Assembly (NCBI RefSeq): GCF_006345805.1
Contig: NC_042998.1
Location: 158,906,001-158,970,000, forward strand
Length of the DNA: 64,000 nucleotides
Reading direction: 5' to 3'
Source of the DNA: Octopus sinensis
Lineage: Eukaryota
Of this stretch, positions 13,881 to 27,309 are shown piece after piece. Position numbers and translations under genes: made by a program. The notes below the pieces were generated by a model. The model was not told where the DNA came from. It worked only from the letters and a program-made list of their open reading frames with translations, and ran no database searches. The stretch's first letter is position 1; the number at the start of each line of letters is the position of its first letter.

Positions 13881-14574
13881 TCATATCCAGAGAATTGCAT
13901 GTATGTAAACATATGGATATGAAAGTAAACAGATAAATATACAAACGGATAGGTACATAGGATATATGAACAGACAAGCACACATATTCACGCATACACA
14001 AATGAAGACTGAAACATAAGACCATATAAACACACACACTTTACTTCACATCAGGACACATATGGAGACACACGTTCACACATATGGAGATACACATCCA
14101 TACATACAACACAGTACATAGTTGCAAAATGACCAAACACACACACACACACTCAGACATGCACACATAAGGAGACAGAGATACACACACGCACACACAC
14201 ATGCAAAAACACCCACCCACATATATAATGACACAAACACGGACACGCAAACACATGAATATGAAGAATACATACATACAAATGCACACACATACATACA
14301 TATATACATATGTACACACATGCATATACACTCACATACATGCATACATGTGTATGCACACTCATACACACACTGACTCACACGCATGCGCACAAGCAAA
14401 CAAAATGAACGCAGTGTGAATAACGGACAGAATCAACACTATTGAAAAGGTTGCAAAATGCAACGAAAATTTTAGAAAACTAATTAAATGAGTGGAAATT
14501 TTACCGGTGAGTGTGTTAAATTATAAGGCACTAAAAGAGAATGACTGTCCCCAGACACAACAGAATATATCACA

Positions 14575-14612
<38 letters not shown>

Positions 14613-14999
14613 TGTGTGTGTGTGTGTGTGTACATTTATAAGAATCCTTGCTTTATGGAAGTAATGCGTTCTTGAAAATCCGGTCATAACGCTTTTATTC
14701 CGTACTGCCAAATTAATTTTCCTATTGATTTTCAGATTATCAAATAAGATTACGTTCCTTCGGAGTTTTTGAAAAAAAAACACAAAACAAAAGCACTTGA
14801 AAACAACAGTGAACAGGCAACATGACCACCTTTATACATGAAAATAACTATTTCTAAACATACTCGGTAAAATACAGATACGTGAAAACACAAAAACATT
14901 TCAAGATAAGTTAGGAAATTAATAATCAATATCGTAAGAGTACGCTCTTAAGACAAATGATGTTGACTACTTTATGAGGAGTGGTAGTGGAATGAACGC

Positions 15000-15870
15000 T
15001 ATTAGGGGGATGAAGGACAATATTTATTATCTTATAGTCCATTACCATGAACTTGAGGCGTGAAGAACTTATCCAAAGTTGTTTGTTGTTTATGACGCAT
15101 CATCTTTATACAGTTCAGTATACGAACTAAGCTCGTTTTAAACTCTTGTAATTTTTATCTTACATTCACAATTACAATCATTATCCGCAAAAACTTGCAG
15201 AGCTTCCTCTATAAGTTGTTACCCTTCAACAATAGTTTTGTACTTAATTTAAGCAATATAGGAGGAACTTTCGTTGTCGCTTCTGTATTTTAGCTTGTTC
15301 TTTTTCTAACAGCATCAGCTCCTTGTTAGTTAAACTTTCTCTCTGGGATACAAGTATCTCAGACACATCAACCTCTGCCTTCTTCAAATCCTACATCATT
15401 TACAAGTGTTACAATATCTCCGAATGTGATATAGACTTTCTTCTTGAGGAAAACTAGTAATATCGCGGATACAGTCTGGCCATAAACTTTTCCAAACACT
15501 ATTCAATGTTGACGGTTTCACTTTATCCTATGACTCAGCTATATTATCCACAGCATCCATTATGTTGGATTTCTTCCAGAAATTTCAACCTTCTCTGTCA
15601 ATTCTTTCATAAGTTGTTTGAAAGTTCTTACATGATTTGCCTTGAAATTAGCTATCAGGCCTTGATCCATTGGCTGGAGTAAAGAAGTTATATTCTTGGG
15701 AATATATTTACTCTTGTATTATCAGAAAATACATCTAGGTTCGTTGGGTGGTTCCGTGCACTGTCTAAAAGAAGCAATGCTTTGTTGGAAATATTATGTC
15801 TAGTACCGTGCAGTAGAACAAAAAAAAAATGTATATAACCCACTCTTTGAAAAGTCATATTATTCTTGCA
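15000..15870 (-). mobile_element. pogo/Tigger (CENP-B-like DDE) transposase relic
   Basis: Minus strand gives KALLLLDSARNHP..YIPKNITSLLQPMDQGLIANFK. Confidence 0.8.
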
Positions 15871-16123
15871 ATTTCTATTGTAGCATGTGGTTGGTAAGCA
15901 AGCTACTTACCACACAGCAACTCCTACGCCTATATATATATAGCTGAAATTTACGGAAGCACAAAAGACGAAGACAGGTGTAGGAACAACAAGCAGGTGT
16001 ATCAGTTTTACGCTCGGGAAGATGAGAGAAAGTCTTTTACGTTTCGAGCATACACTCTTGAACAGAAAAGAACACGAGGAAATAAACAGAGAGAATTTTA
16101 AAATACTTGTGCATTTAGCGGTC

Positions 16124-16208
<85 letters not shown>

Positions 16209-16512
16209 TAATAAATTTTAGGGTAGCAAAAAATTCTCGAAAAATTCTCCGCTACCAGCGGTCAAGTGAGGAAGGAAAAAATAGTCAATAGACTATATAA
16301 TATGCATTCAAATATATAAGGAATGGCCATAATAGGACATTCTACCCTAAAATTTATTAATTAATGATTTTTTGGCTAATTTTGAAATTAAATCGGCAGT
16401 TTATATTTGCTGCTGAGAAAACCGCACGAGTTGCGTGGATTTTGAAAATTTATAGAATATAGACTTCAGGCATGCTTATTATCGCCTCGTGAATATATGT
16501 TAGTCCTTGGCA

Positions 16513-16602
16513 TTTCTGCTGAAGAGGCACGCCAGTTGTAAATAAATTTAATTTAATTTATTTATTTACTAAAGATTGCCGAAACTATGCATAGTCCAGA
16601 AA
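16513..16602 (+). ncRNA. Type I hammerhead ribozyme (canonical core)
   Basis: TTTCTG-CTGAAGA-GGCA..GTAAATAAAT..ATTTATTTAC..TGCC-GAAA-CTATGCATAG-TC-CAGAAA. GUC site at 16594-16596; stem III is a 12-nt palindrome. Confidence 0.93.
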
Positions 16603-16984
16603 GGATAGGGTAAACGTTTTTATTTCTCTTTCAATTTCAGAATTACAACTATTAGTGGTTTGGAGTTTGGCTGCTCTTTCTAGTGAGTCGAATGTCCTAT
16701 TATGGCCATTCCTTATATATTTGATATATATTTGAATGTATATTATATAGTCTATTGACTATCTTTCCTTTCTCACTTGACCGCTGGTAGCGGAGAATTT
16801 TCTAGAATTTTTTGCTACCCTAAAATTTATTAATTAATGATTTTTTGGCTAATTTTGAAATTAAATCGGCAGTTTATATTTGCTGCTGAGAAAACTGCGC
16901 GAGTGTGGTGGATTTTGAAAATTCATAGCATATAGACTTCAGGCATGCTTATTATCGCCTCGTGAATATATGTTAGACTTGGCT

Positions 16985-17074
16985 TTTCTGCTGAAGAGGC
17001 ACGCCAGTTGTAAATAAATTTAATTTAATTTATTTATTTACTAAAGATTGCCGAAACTATGCATAGTCCAGAAA
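16985..17074 (+). ncRNA. Type I hammerhead ribozyme (canonical core), second unit
   Basis: Same sequence as 16513-16602, 472 bp downstream. Confidence 0.93.
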
Positions 17075-17206
17075 GGAGAGGGTAAACGTTTTTATTTCTC
17101 TTTCCATTTCAGAATTACAACTATTAGTGGTTTGGAGTTTGGCTGCTCTTTCTAGTGAGTCGAATGTCCTATTATGGCCATTCATTATATATTTGAATAT
17201 ATATAT

Positions 17207-17341
<135 letters not shown>

Positions 17342-17539
17342 TATTTAAATAAATACGTCCCTAGTTGTAAGCATTACCCGCAGTGAATTATTCACTGCAG
17401 CCCTTCGCTTCAGGAGTCTCTTAGTGCGCCAGAACCAAGACATTTGAAATTTATTCCGATGTAATCAGTAAGACTAAGCACGTGTCTGTTTTGACACAGA
17501 GAGCTGGGGTTAGTCTTGCGGTTTGCATCTCGAGGACCG

Positions 17540-17615
17540 AATGTACTGATGAAGTCACGGACACTTGAATTATGCAAGTAATTCTTTTGTTAAGACCGAA
17601 ACCGAGGTATGCATT
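17540..17615 (+). ncRNA. Type I hammerhead ribozyme
   Basis: AATGTA-CTGATGA-a-GTC..GAATTA..TAATTC..GAC-c-GAAA-CCGAGG-TA-TGCATT. Confidence 0.85.
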
Positions 17616-18085
17616 TAAGTCTGTTTTTTATTTAATTTTTCATATGTCCTGCCCGCCAAATTTGGTTCTGGTGTTCGCTGAATTCTTCCTCTAGAGAATT
17701 TCCCTTGTAGTTTGATCGTTGATGATCTTCTTCTAGCATTCTGGCCGTCTACCTAGCAGGCCAGCCCTGCCAATATACACATATATTTGAATTTTCTCTG
17801 ACTCCTCAGATTTTTTGAATGCTGGACTACTGGTTTTAAATTGATATTAAAATTAATATTAATTTATCTCCCTCAATTTTTAAATATTTAAATAAATACG
17901 TTCCCTAGTTGTAAGCATTACCCGCAGGGAATTATTCACTGCAGCCCTTCGCTTCAGGAGTCTCTTAGTGCGCCAGAACCAAGACATTTGAAATTTTATT
18001 CCCGATGTAATCAGTAAGACTAAGCACGTGTCTGTTTTGACACAGAGAGCTGGGGTTAGTCTTGCGGTTTGCATCTCGAGGACCG

Positions 18086-18160
18086 AATGTACTGATGAAG
18101 TCACGGACACTTGAATTATGCAAGTAATTCTTTTGTTAAGACCGAAACCGAGTATGCATT
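18086..18160 (+). ncRNA. Type I hammerhead ribozyme, second unit
   Basis: As 17540, with one G missing in stem III (GAAACCGAGTA). Confidence 0.78.
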
Positions 18161-18433
18161 TAAGTCGTTTGTTTTATTTAATTTTTCATATGTCCTGCCC
18201 GCCAAATTTGGTTCTGGTGTTCGCTGAATTCTCCTCTAGAGAATTTCCCTTGTAGTTTGATCGTTGATGATCTTCTTCTAGCATTCTGGCCGGCTACCTA
18301 GAGGCCAGCCTGCCAATATACACACATATATATAATATATATATATATTATATATATATATATATATATAACATATATCTATGTGTATATATATATATAT
18401 ATACATATATCTATATATATATATATATGTACC

Positions 18434-18465
<32 letters not shown>

Positions 18466-19159
18466 TACACGCACACATGTATAAATACATGCATAATATA
18501 TATAGATAGATATACAAATACATAATATATACACATATACACACATATATACATACATACATATAAATAGATATTCACATTATGCATTAAGTACATTACA
18601 TATACATATGTGTATATGTATGCATGTATAGGTGAAACGTGATGATAGTTTTGTAAGTTATTAACGCAAAACGAGTTTCCGTAAGAGTGAAATTACCGAT
18701 CGTATCCCGAAATTAATGGTCATTCTTTTCAATTTCCGTAAGCACGAAATCCGCTATGTGGTGTCCATAACGCGATGGTAGTGTCTAATGCATTCACCAC
18801 TCCATCATGTGGATATGACTCTCTGACCTTTCTCCCTTCCCTTGCTTCAACTCTCCACATACACTCATCCAACCATCTACTTCCTAGTGCCTACTACCTA
18901 TTCTGCTTTTACATTTCACTCCATAATAATCTTAGATTCTTATCTATCCATCCTAATGAAGGAGGGTCTGGAGTTTACCAATGGTTTTTTTCTTTTCTTT
19001 TATTTTTTTGCTTCCATTAGCGGCTGAAAAGTTTTCATCAGCTACATCAGCCAACATTGAGTAATTCTGAGCACTGAGAAACAGCTGTAGGACCTGTAGC
19101 GCCTTCTTCCCGCCAATTCTTTGAGTCTATGAAATCTGAGTAAGTTAACCCTATAATTA

Positions 19160-19233
<74 letters not shown>

Positions 19234-19665
19234 AGAATGTTTATCATCGTAAAATGTTGTATCTGCTTTCTCTTTTTACATGTATACATGTATATATATT
19301 TTGTACATAAAAACACAAGGTTTTGTCTGCTTATTGGAATCATTGTCTCCATATCAGCTCACCTGGATTCCCTTTATAGCGACTCTTGGTCCCCGGTGAA
19401 GGTATCGGAGTGTAAGTTCAAATCATTTGAGCACTACAAAGTGTTTTCTATATTGAGATTCCCTCGATCTCACTTTTTGTTTGACTTTCTCTCTCCTCTC
19501 GCTCTCTTTCTCTCTCTCTCTCTCTCCATATGCATATCTATATCTATCTATCTATATATATATCTATATAGAAATTCGGGGTAAGCACCTGTATATACCG
19601 TTTGGTGGTGTAGGTGGTGGAGTAAATTGATCAAAATAAAATAAAAACATGATGCGAAGGATTCA

Positions 19666-19743
19666 GCGGTACATATGTTTCGGGCCTTTATTAGACAGAT
19701 TTATAACAATGCATAATGTATGTCTGTGGCCTTCTTCAGCCGC
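19666..19743 (-). ncRNA. Type I hammerhead ribozyme in the pLTR of the inverted PLE copy
   Basis: Reverse complement of 28933-29010. Confidence 0.88.
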
Positions 19744-21569
19744 GCACAACAGCTTCCACAAGGACATGTGTTACATCAAAAATTCTTGGTTGGGGATGCA
19801 AATCCTCTCATTCACGTACGACATAATGCGGCAGCAGCATAGAGTTGAAGCGTCCATCTCTTTCTTCTCTCAATGTAGAATGAGGAAAATTGGATGTTGA
19901 GGTAATGTAAATAAATAAATACATATATAGAGATGAAGATGGAGGGGCGAGAGTTCGGGACGAGGGATAAAAAATGTATAAAAAGTGTAAGTATAGAATA
20001 ATATAAAAATGTAGAGGATAAAGGGTTGTAAGTAGATGTAAAGGGGGTATAAAGAAATATAAAGTAAAAATAGAAATAGAAATATAAAGTAAAAAAACCT
20101 GATAAAAACATGATAAAAGTGTAAAAGAATGTAAAGATAGGGATGTATAGAGGTATGGACCAAGCATGGTGGTCAGGAGATTGATAAAATTTAGTTGTAG
20201 AATTGTCAGTACATCATCAGTTCGTCTGGGGACTTAATGCGTTGTAAATCAGCTGATGAGCATTTAATCTGGTTCCTTGAATTAAAGGACTTCTAGTACA
20301 TACATATCATCATGGATATATACACCCACATACACGCGTACATATAGGCCTCCAAGCCTATAAGCATACACACGCACTCGCGTGTAAACACGTACATAAA
20401 ACACACACGCACCCACACGCACGCGCGTACACACACATACATACAACAGAATATCCGCATATATACACGGACATTACGCGCGTACACGCTCACAAGTATA
20501 TACGCGCGCCCATCACTACACACACACACGTATATGCCACGCCTCTAGGTCCAGGTATAAGATATTAAAGGATGTGTATAAGACGTATGTAAAGAATCCC
20601 GTACCATGTCAATACGCGCACGCACACACGGCTGGTGTCCGTATGTGCGTGCACAATATACCCTCATATACACACACAGAGACACACGCGCACATGGGTA
20701 TAGCTATAAGAATCGAAGTATGCATGTACATATATGCGCGTGCATATGTATGTATGCGTATACACACGTACGCGGACGCTCGTATATTCAAAAGGTGGAT
20801 CCATAGGTAAGTAAATAAACATATATAGAGGTGTAAACGATAAGTTAGGGGTAAGAATGAGGTAAGGTAAAGATTAGAAATAAAAAATACAGTATAAAAT
20901 AAGAAATACAATTAATAGTTAGAAATGAAGTATAAGAATTATAAAAATTAAAGAGTTAAGGTAAGGGATGAAAATGAAAATGAGAATAGATGGAAGTAGA
21001 ATAAAAGTAAAATAAAATTAAAAATAAAAATAAAAATAAATGGAAGTAGGATAAAGTAAAAATAAAAGTAAAAATAAAAATAAAATAAAATAAGATAAAA
21101 TATAATTTTGTAAAGTTTAAAGTTGTGTGTTAAACGTAGGGCGGCGCGGGGGGAACTGAAAATTGGAAGGGTGGTAAGTGGAGTTTGGCGGTGTGCGTTC
21201 AAATCTGAGTTAGAAATGTGAAAGGGTATAGATATAGGGGATTAAAGAGACTACATAGGGAGAGATGGGGTGTAGGAGAAGAAATATTTAGGGAAAAGAA
21301 GTCATATATGGGGAACAAAATTGTATATATAGGGGAAAATGCAGGGAAACCCTATATGCACGTACACACACCCACACACACACCACACACACACAAACAA
21401 CGCACATGTACATATATATGTATACGTACACATACGTCACGTATGTGCACATACATACGCACACACACACACATACACATATACACGCACATATAGGAAA
21501 GCGGGATGTGCTGGAGCGACAGGTTGCAACCGGGTGGGAGGAAATTGCATGGGGGAGTTGGTATAAGAC

Positions 21570-23383
21570 TTAAGCATTGTAGTATTTGAAAGTATTAATA
21601 AGTTTATTATATACAGGATGGTTTTGAACTCTGACCTTTGTTAATAAGATTGTGTTTGTCTTTGTGAATTTCACAAGATGTTAAGGAGTTCTACACAGCA
21701 TAGTTGCATCCTGCTCTATTATTTAAATAAGGTGCAGCTGATCCGATGATGGACCATCTGAGTTTGAAGCCTATGCATTTGTCTTTTAATTCCCAATTCT
21801 TTTTAGAGAGGGAGGTGCTGTGCCTTATGTCTGTGTCTCAGCGAGGACCGGTGGTTGTAGTATCTGGATTTCCAGGAGGTTGAGCAACCAATATAGGTGA
21901 GTGTGTTAAACTGAGTACTCACCTCACATGAGTATATTACGTTTTTCGCCCTACATGCGCCCTGCAGCGGGCACTCTGATGCACATCTGCAGTTGCATTG
22001 CATTGCATTGTTCGGTCGTGTGCTGCTAATCCCAGGCGGAGGTGTTGCAATACGAGTGGGGCGTTTGGTATCCTCCTGGTTGTTGATGGGTGTAGTATTT
22101 CCTCTGTGTGTTGGCGGGTGTTATTACTAACTGTTTTTGGGTAGTATGGCTGCCAGTCTGGTTATATTGTCTACTGTCTGGATGAGGGGGGTTCTGTTGG
22201 TCCTATGGTTTGCTCTTGATCTAGCTGTTCTAATATTAATATAGTTATGTTTAGCTATGAGGCAGCTCTATGTTGGGCAGGGTAGAGTAGGAAATCCTAT
22301 AGTTTTGTTGAGAAGATACTTCTTCTATTTTGTGGGTGGGTGGGAAGTTGTTGGAAATTATAGAGAATATTCTCTTACATAACTTACTCCTAACTGCTAA
22401 GTTGAAAGGTATGTTGAACCCATATATATTTGCGTAATCTACTATTAACCCTTCTATTTCTCCTAATAGGATCTATATTGCTCTCGTCGGGAGGGTTACT
22501 ATGTGTGCTGTTCTATTAGTTCGCCTATTTCCTATACGTTGTTTGGAGTTTAAATTAGAATTATCGCTAGTGTGAGTTGAGTGCTGAGTTCGATTATAAT
22601 TGGGAGTCTTATGGCGACGGACGCTCCCGGGTGGTCTACATATGATATTCTCTGGTTATACCCGGCACTATAGAGAGCCTGGTTGTAGTGTTGTGCATGA
22701 TTATTGAAAATTTCTCTATTAGAGGATAGTTTTGTCAGTCTGTCTGAGATGGCTTGGACCGTGGTGCTAATTATACAGGGTGGATGGGTGGAAGAGGTAT
22801 GGATGTATTTAGTAGTTTCTTCTGGTTTCCTATACGGGTAGTGAAGGTGCTTATTCCAAATCTAACGTAAACTAAGAAGGAGTTTACTATTTTAGTATTG
22901 GTCATAAATTCTAGTTTAAGATTGAAGGATTTGAAAAAAAGCCTGATCTTTTTCCTATTCTTTCTAGTTTACTCCTATTGTTGGTGGGGTATATGAAGAG
23001 AGCGTCGTCTCTGTATAGACCCCCCTGAAGATCCGGTACCTCGGAGAAAAGCTTCTTGAGCAGGTAGGCCCCGACCAAGTCAGTCACCTGAGCTGAATCG
23101 CTCGAGCCCATAGCCACATCGAAATTGTCGGGGTATCGGATCTGGTCCAGAGTCTACCGTCGAATTCTATTATGGTTTTTCTAGCTAATAGAATTATGTC
23201 AATTTTTTCTCTGTCTATGAGTGAAAGGTTGCGGGCAAAAATAAGGGATTTGTTAAGTAGTGGGGGATATACTGGCGTAGTAGCTAGCTATGTCGAATTG
23301 GATGAATGAGTAGTCGGGCCTATTGATGAAGTGTTAAACCATTCTAGCACATCGTTGGTGTTAATCCATAGTTGGAGTGGGAT
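21570..23383 (-). pseudogene. Inverted 5'-truncated copy of the same PLE ORF (RT core through GIY-YIG)
   Basis: ORFs 22911-23117 (AMGSSDSAQVTDLVGAYLL..LYRDD) and 21803-22003 (CNCRC..VIY..YIG) match the plus copy. Confidence 0.93.
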
Positions 23384-24344
23384 AGCTATACCCATGTGCG
23401 CGTGTGTCTCTGTGTGTGTATATGAGGGTATATGTGCACGCGCAGACGGACACACAGCCGTGTGTGCGTGCGCGTATTGACATGAGTACGGGATTCTTTA
23501 CATACGTTCTTATACACATCCTTTAATATCTATACCTGGACCTAGAGGCGTGGGCATATACGTGTGTGTATGTAGTGATGGGCGCGCGTATTACTTGTGA
23601 GCGTGTACGCGCGTAATGTCCGTGTATATATGCGGATATTCTGTTGTATGTATGTGTGTGTACGCGCGTGCGTGTGGGTGCGTGTGGTGTTTATGTACGT
23701 GTTTACACGCGAGTGCGTGTGTATGCTTATAGCTTGGAGGCCTATATGTACGCGTGTATGTGGGTGTATATATCCATGATGATATGTATGTACTAGAAGT
23801 CCATTTAATTCAAGGACCCGATAAATGCTCATCAGCCCGATTTACAACGCATTAAGTCCCAGACGAAACTGATGATGTACTGACAATTCTACAACTAAAT
23901 TTTATCAATCTCCTGACCACCATGCTTGGTCCATAACCTCTATACATCCCTTATCTTTACATTCTTTTACACTTTTATCATGTTTTTATCAGGTTTTTTT
24001 TACTTTTATTTCTATTTCTATTTTTACTTTATATTTCTTTATACCCCTTTACATCTACTTACAATCCTTTATCCTCTACATTTTTATATTATTCTATACT
24101 TACCAATTTTATACATTTTGTATCCCTCGTCCCGAACTCTCGCCCCTCCATCTTCACCTCTATATATGTATTTATTATTTACATTACCTCTCAACATCCA
24201 ATTTTCCTCATCTACATGAGAGAAGAAAGAGATGGACGCTTCAACTCTATGCTGCTGCCGCATTATGTCGTACGTGAATGAGAGGATTTGCATCCCCAAC
24301 CAGAATTTTTGATTTAACACATGTCCTTGTGAAGCTGTTGTTGC

Positions 24345-24424
24345 GCGGCTGAAGAAGGCCACAGACATACATTATGCATTGTTATAAATCTGTCTAATAA
24401 AGGCCCGAAACATATATGTACCGC
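24345..24424 (+). ncRNA. Type I hammerhead ribozyme in the PLE upstream pLTR
   Basis: Same motif as 28933, with stem III ACATATATGT. Confidence 0.88.
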
Positions 24425-24614
24425 TGAATCCTTCGCATCATGTTTTTATTTTATTTTGATCAATTTACTACTCCACACCTACACCACCAACCGGTATCCA
24501 CAAGGTGCTTATAATTATCAATACTCACCCCGATTTCTATACTCAACTCACTACGTTGTCACTAGGATCTGATCCCCGTAACCGCGACAACCTTAGTACT
24601 TGACGAACCCAAGC

Positions 24615-27105
24615 ATGAAGATTCAAAGATTCACACAAACTTCTCCCCCAGGACATACCTCTCCACTCCGACAAAACTTACACGACGACTCTCATCCACC
24701 GGACCACAGACTTATTAGAAGAATCAGGTGGGCGGCCTACCATTTCGTAACCCGGAGAAAGCAACCCCAACTCTAACCAAGAAGAAATAGCACACAGGAA
24801 GATATTAAAAGCAGAAGAAACCCACCCTCTAACTACACGCACTGGAAAATTTTGAAAAAGACTTAATCGACCTCATTACCAACATCAACATTAGTAAACA
24901 TAAGACCATTTCCAACACCCACTTAAGGAGCCTTAAAGATTTCCTGCTTTCACTTAGGAACGATGATAGTCTTATCATACCGCCGACAAGACTGGGACTG
25001 GTATAGGCTAGACTACCACCAACCTACAAATCTCTCATCATGAGGGAACTTAGCAAAAAGTATAAAATACTACTTCTACGGATAACCTTAAGGAAATTAA
25101 CTACAAAATCAAGGAAGTTATGAGCAAATTAGACCTCCTGGACAGACAGAACCTATTAAACCACAAGTACCCAAATTACTATTAAAGACCATAAGAAAGA
25201 CTTCCCAGATAGTGTAGGAGTACGATTAATCTGTCCGACTAAATCGGATATCGGCAGACTTAGCAAGACCATCCTGGACAGGGTGATCCCACACATCAAC
25301 CCCACATCCCACTCCAACTATGGATTAACACAACGATGTGCTAGAATGGTTTAACACTATCACCCAATAGGCCCGACTATCATTCATCCAATTCGACATA
25401 GCTAGCTACTACGCCAGTATATCCCCCATCTTACTTAATAAATCCCTTATTTTTGCCCGCAACCTTTCACTCATAGACAGAGAAAAAATGACATAATTCT
25501 ATTAGCTAAAAACCATAATAGAATTCGACGGTAGACTCTGGACCAGATCCGATACCCCCCCGACAATTTCGATGTGGCTATGGGCTCGAGCGATTCAGCT
25601 CAGGTGACTGACTTGGTCGGGGACCTACCTGCTCAAGAAGCTTTTCTCCGAGGTACCGGATCTTCAGGGGGGTCTATACAGAGACGACGCTCTCTTCATA
25701 ACCCCACCAACAATAGGAGTAAACTAAAGAATTAGGAAAAAGATCAGGCTTTTTTTCAAATCCTTCAATCTTAAACTAGAATTTATGACCAATACTAAAA
25801 TAGTAAACTTCTTAGATGTTACGTTAGATTTGAATAAGCACCTTCACTACCGTATAGGAAACCAGAAGAAACTACCAAATACATCCATACCTCTTCCAAC
25901 CATCCACCCTGTATAATTAGCACCACGGTCCAAGCCATCTCGACGAGACTGACAAAACTATCCTCTAATAGAGAAATTTTCAATAATCATGCACAACACT
26001 ACAACCAGGCTCTCTATAGTGCCGGGTATAACCAGAGAATATCATATGTAGACCACCCGGGAGCGTCCGTCGGCCATAAGACTCCCAATTATAATCGAAC
26101 TCAGCACTCAACTCACACTAGCGATAATTCTAATTTAAACTCCAAACAACGTATAGGAAATAGGCGAACTAATAGAACAGCACACAATAGTAACCCTCCA
26201 CGAGAGCAATATAGACCTATTAGGAGAAATAGAAGGGATAATAGTAGATTACGCAAATATATATGGTTCAACATACCTTTCAACTTAGCAGTTAGGAGTA
26301 AGTTATGTAAGAGAATATTCTCTATAATTTCCAACAACTTCCCACCCACCCACAAATATAGAAGTATCTTCTCCAACAAAACTATTAGGATTTCCTACTC
26401 TCCCTGCCCAACATGAGCTGCCTCTAGCTAACATAACTATATTAATATTAGAACAGCTAGATCAAGAGCAAACCATAGCGACCAACAGAACCCCCCTCAT
26501 CCAGAAGTAGACAATATAACCAGACTGGCAGCCATACTACCCAAACAGTTAGTAATAACACCCGCCAACACAACAGAGGAAATACTACACCCATCAACAA
26601 CAGGAGGATACCAACGCCCCCACTCGTATTGCAAACACCTCCGCCTGGGATTAGCAGCACACGACCGAACATGCAATGCAATGCAACTGCAGATGTGCAT
26701 CAGAGTGCCCGCTGCAGGGCGCATGTAGGGCAAAAACGTAATATACTCATGTGAGGTGAGTACTCAGTTTAACACACTCACCTATATTGGTTGCTCAACC
26801 TCCTGGAAATCCAGATACTACAACCACCGGTCCTCGCTGAGACACAGACATAAGGCTAACAGCACCTCCCTCTCTAAAAGAATTTGGGAATTAAAAGACA
26901 AATGCATAGGCTTCAAACTCAGATGGTCCATCATCGGATCAGCTGCACCTTATTAAATAATAGAGCAGGATGCCAACTATGCTGTGTAGAACTCCTTAAC
27001 ATCTTGAAATTCAAAGACAAACACAATCTTATTAACAAAAGGTCAGAGTTCAAACCATCCTGTATACATAAACTTATTAATACTTTCAAATACTACAATG
27101 CTTAA
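24615..27105 (+). pseudogene. PLE polyprotein: reverse transcriptase + C-terminal GIY-YIG endonuclease, frameshifted as assembled (start approximate)
   Basis: Stitched frames give RRIRWAAYHF, FIQFDIASYYASI, FDVAMGSSDSAQVTDLVG, GGLYRDDAL and VNFLDVTLDL, then CNCRCASECPLQGAC..NVIYSCEV..TYIGCSTSWKSRYYNH..LSKRIWELK..CQLC..NKRSE, with a stop at 27105. Confidence 0.93.
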
Positions 27106-27278
27106 GTCTTATACCAACTCCCCCATGCAATTTCCTCCCACCCGGTGCACCTGTCGGTCCAGCACATCCCGCTTTCCTATATGTGCGTGTATATGTGTAT
27201 GTGTGTGTTGTGTGCGTATGTATGTGCACATACGTGTACGTATGTGTACGTATACATATATATGTACATGTGCGTGTT

Positions 27279-27309
<31 letters not shown>

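Larger units (their letters stand above)
16207..17198 (+). repeat. Non-coding ~472-bp tandem repeat (~1.8 units) with an inverted 5' piece; one HHR per unit
   Basis: 16342-16814 repeats from 16815. 16207-16342 is the reverse complement of ~16690-16832. (TA)n flanks both sides. Confidence 0.92.

Noticed and set aside
18945-19095. CTAATGA...GAAACAGCTGTAGGA relic (similar weak relics at 31585-31630, 32185-32255 and 38365-38458)
   Set aside because: Core and stem II are too mutated to call individually.
20205-20300. Extra hammerhead-like pieces in the PLE pLTR (CTGATGAG-CATTTAAT hairpin on one strand, GTC-cca-GAC-GAAA on the other; also at ~23.8k and ~28.4k)
   Set aside because: Neither strand gives a complete core: one lacks GAAA and stem I, the other lacks NGA after CUGA.
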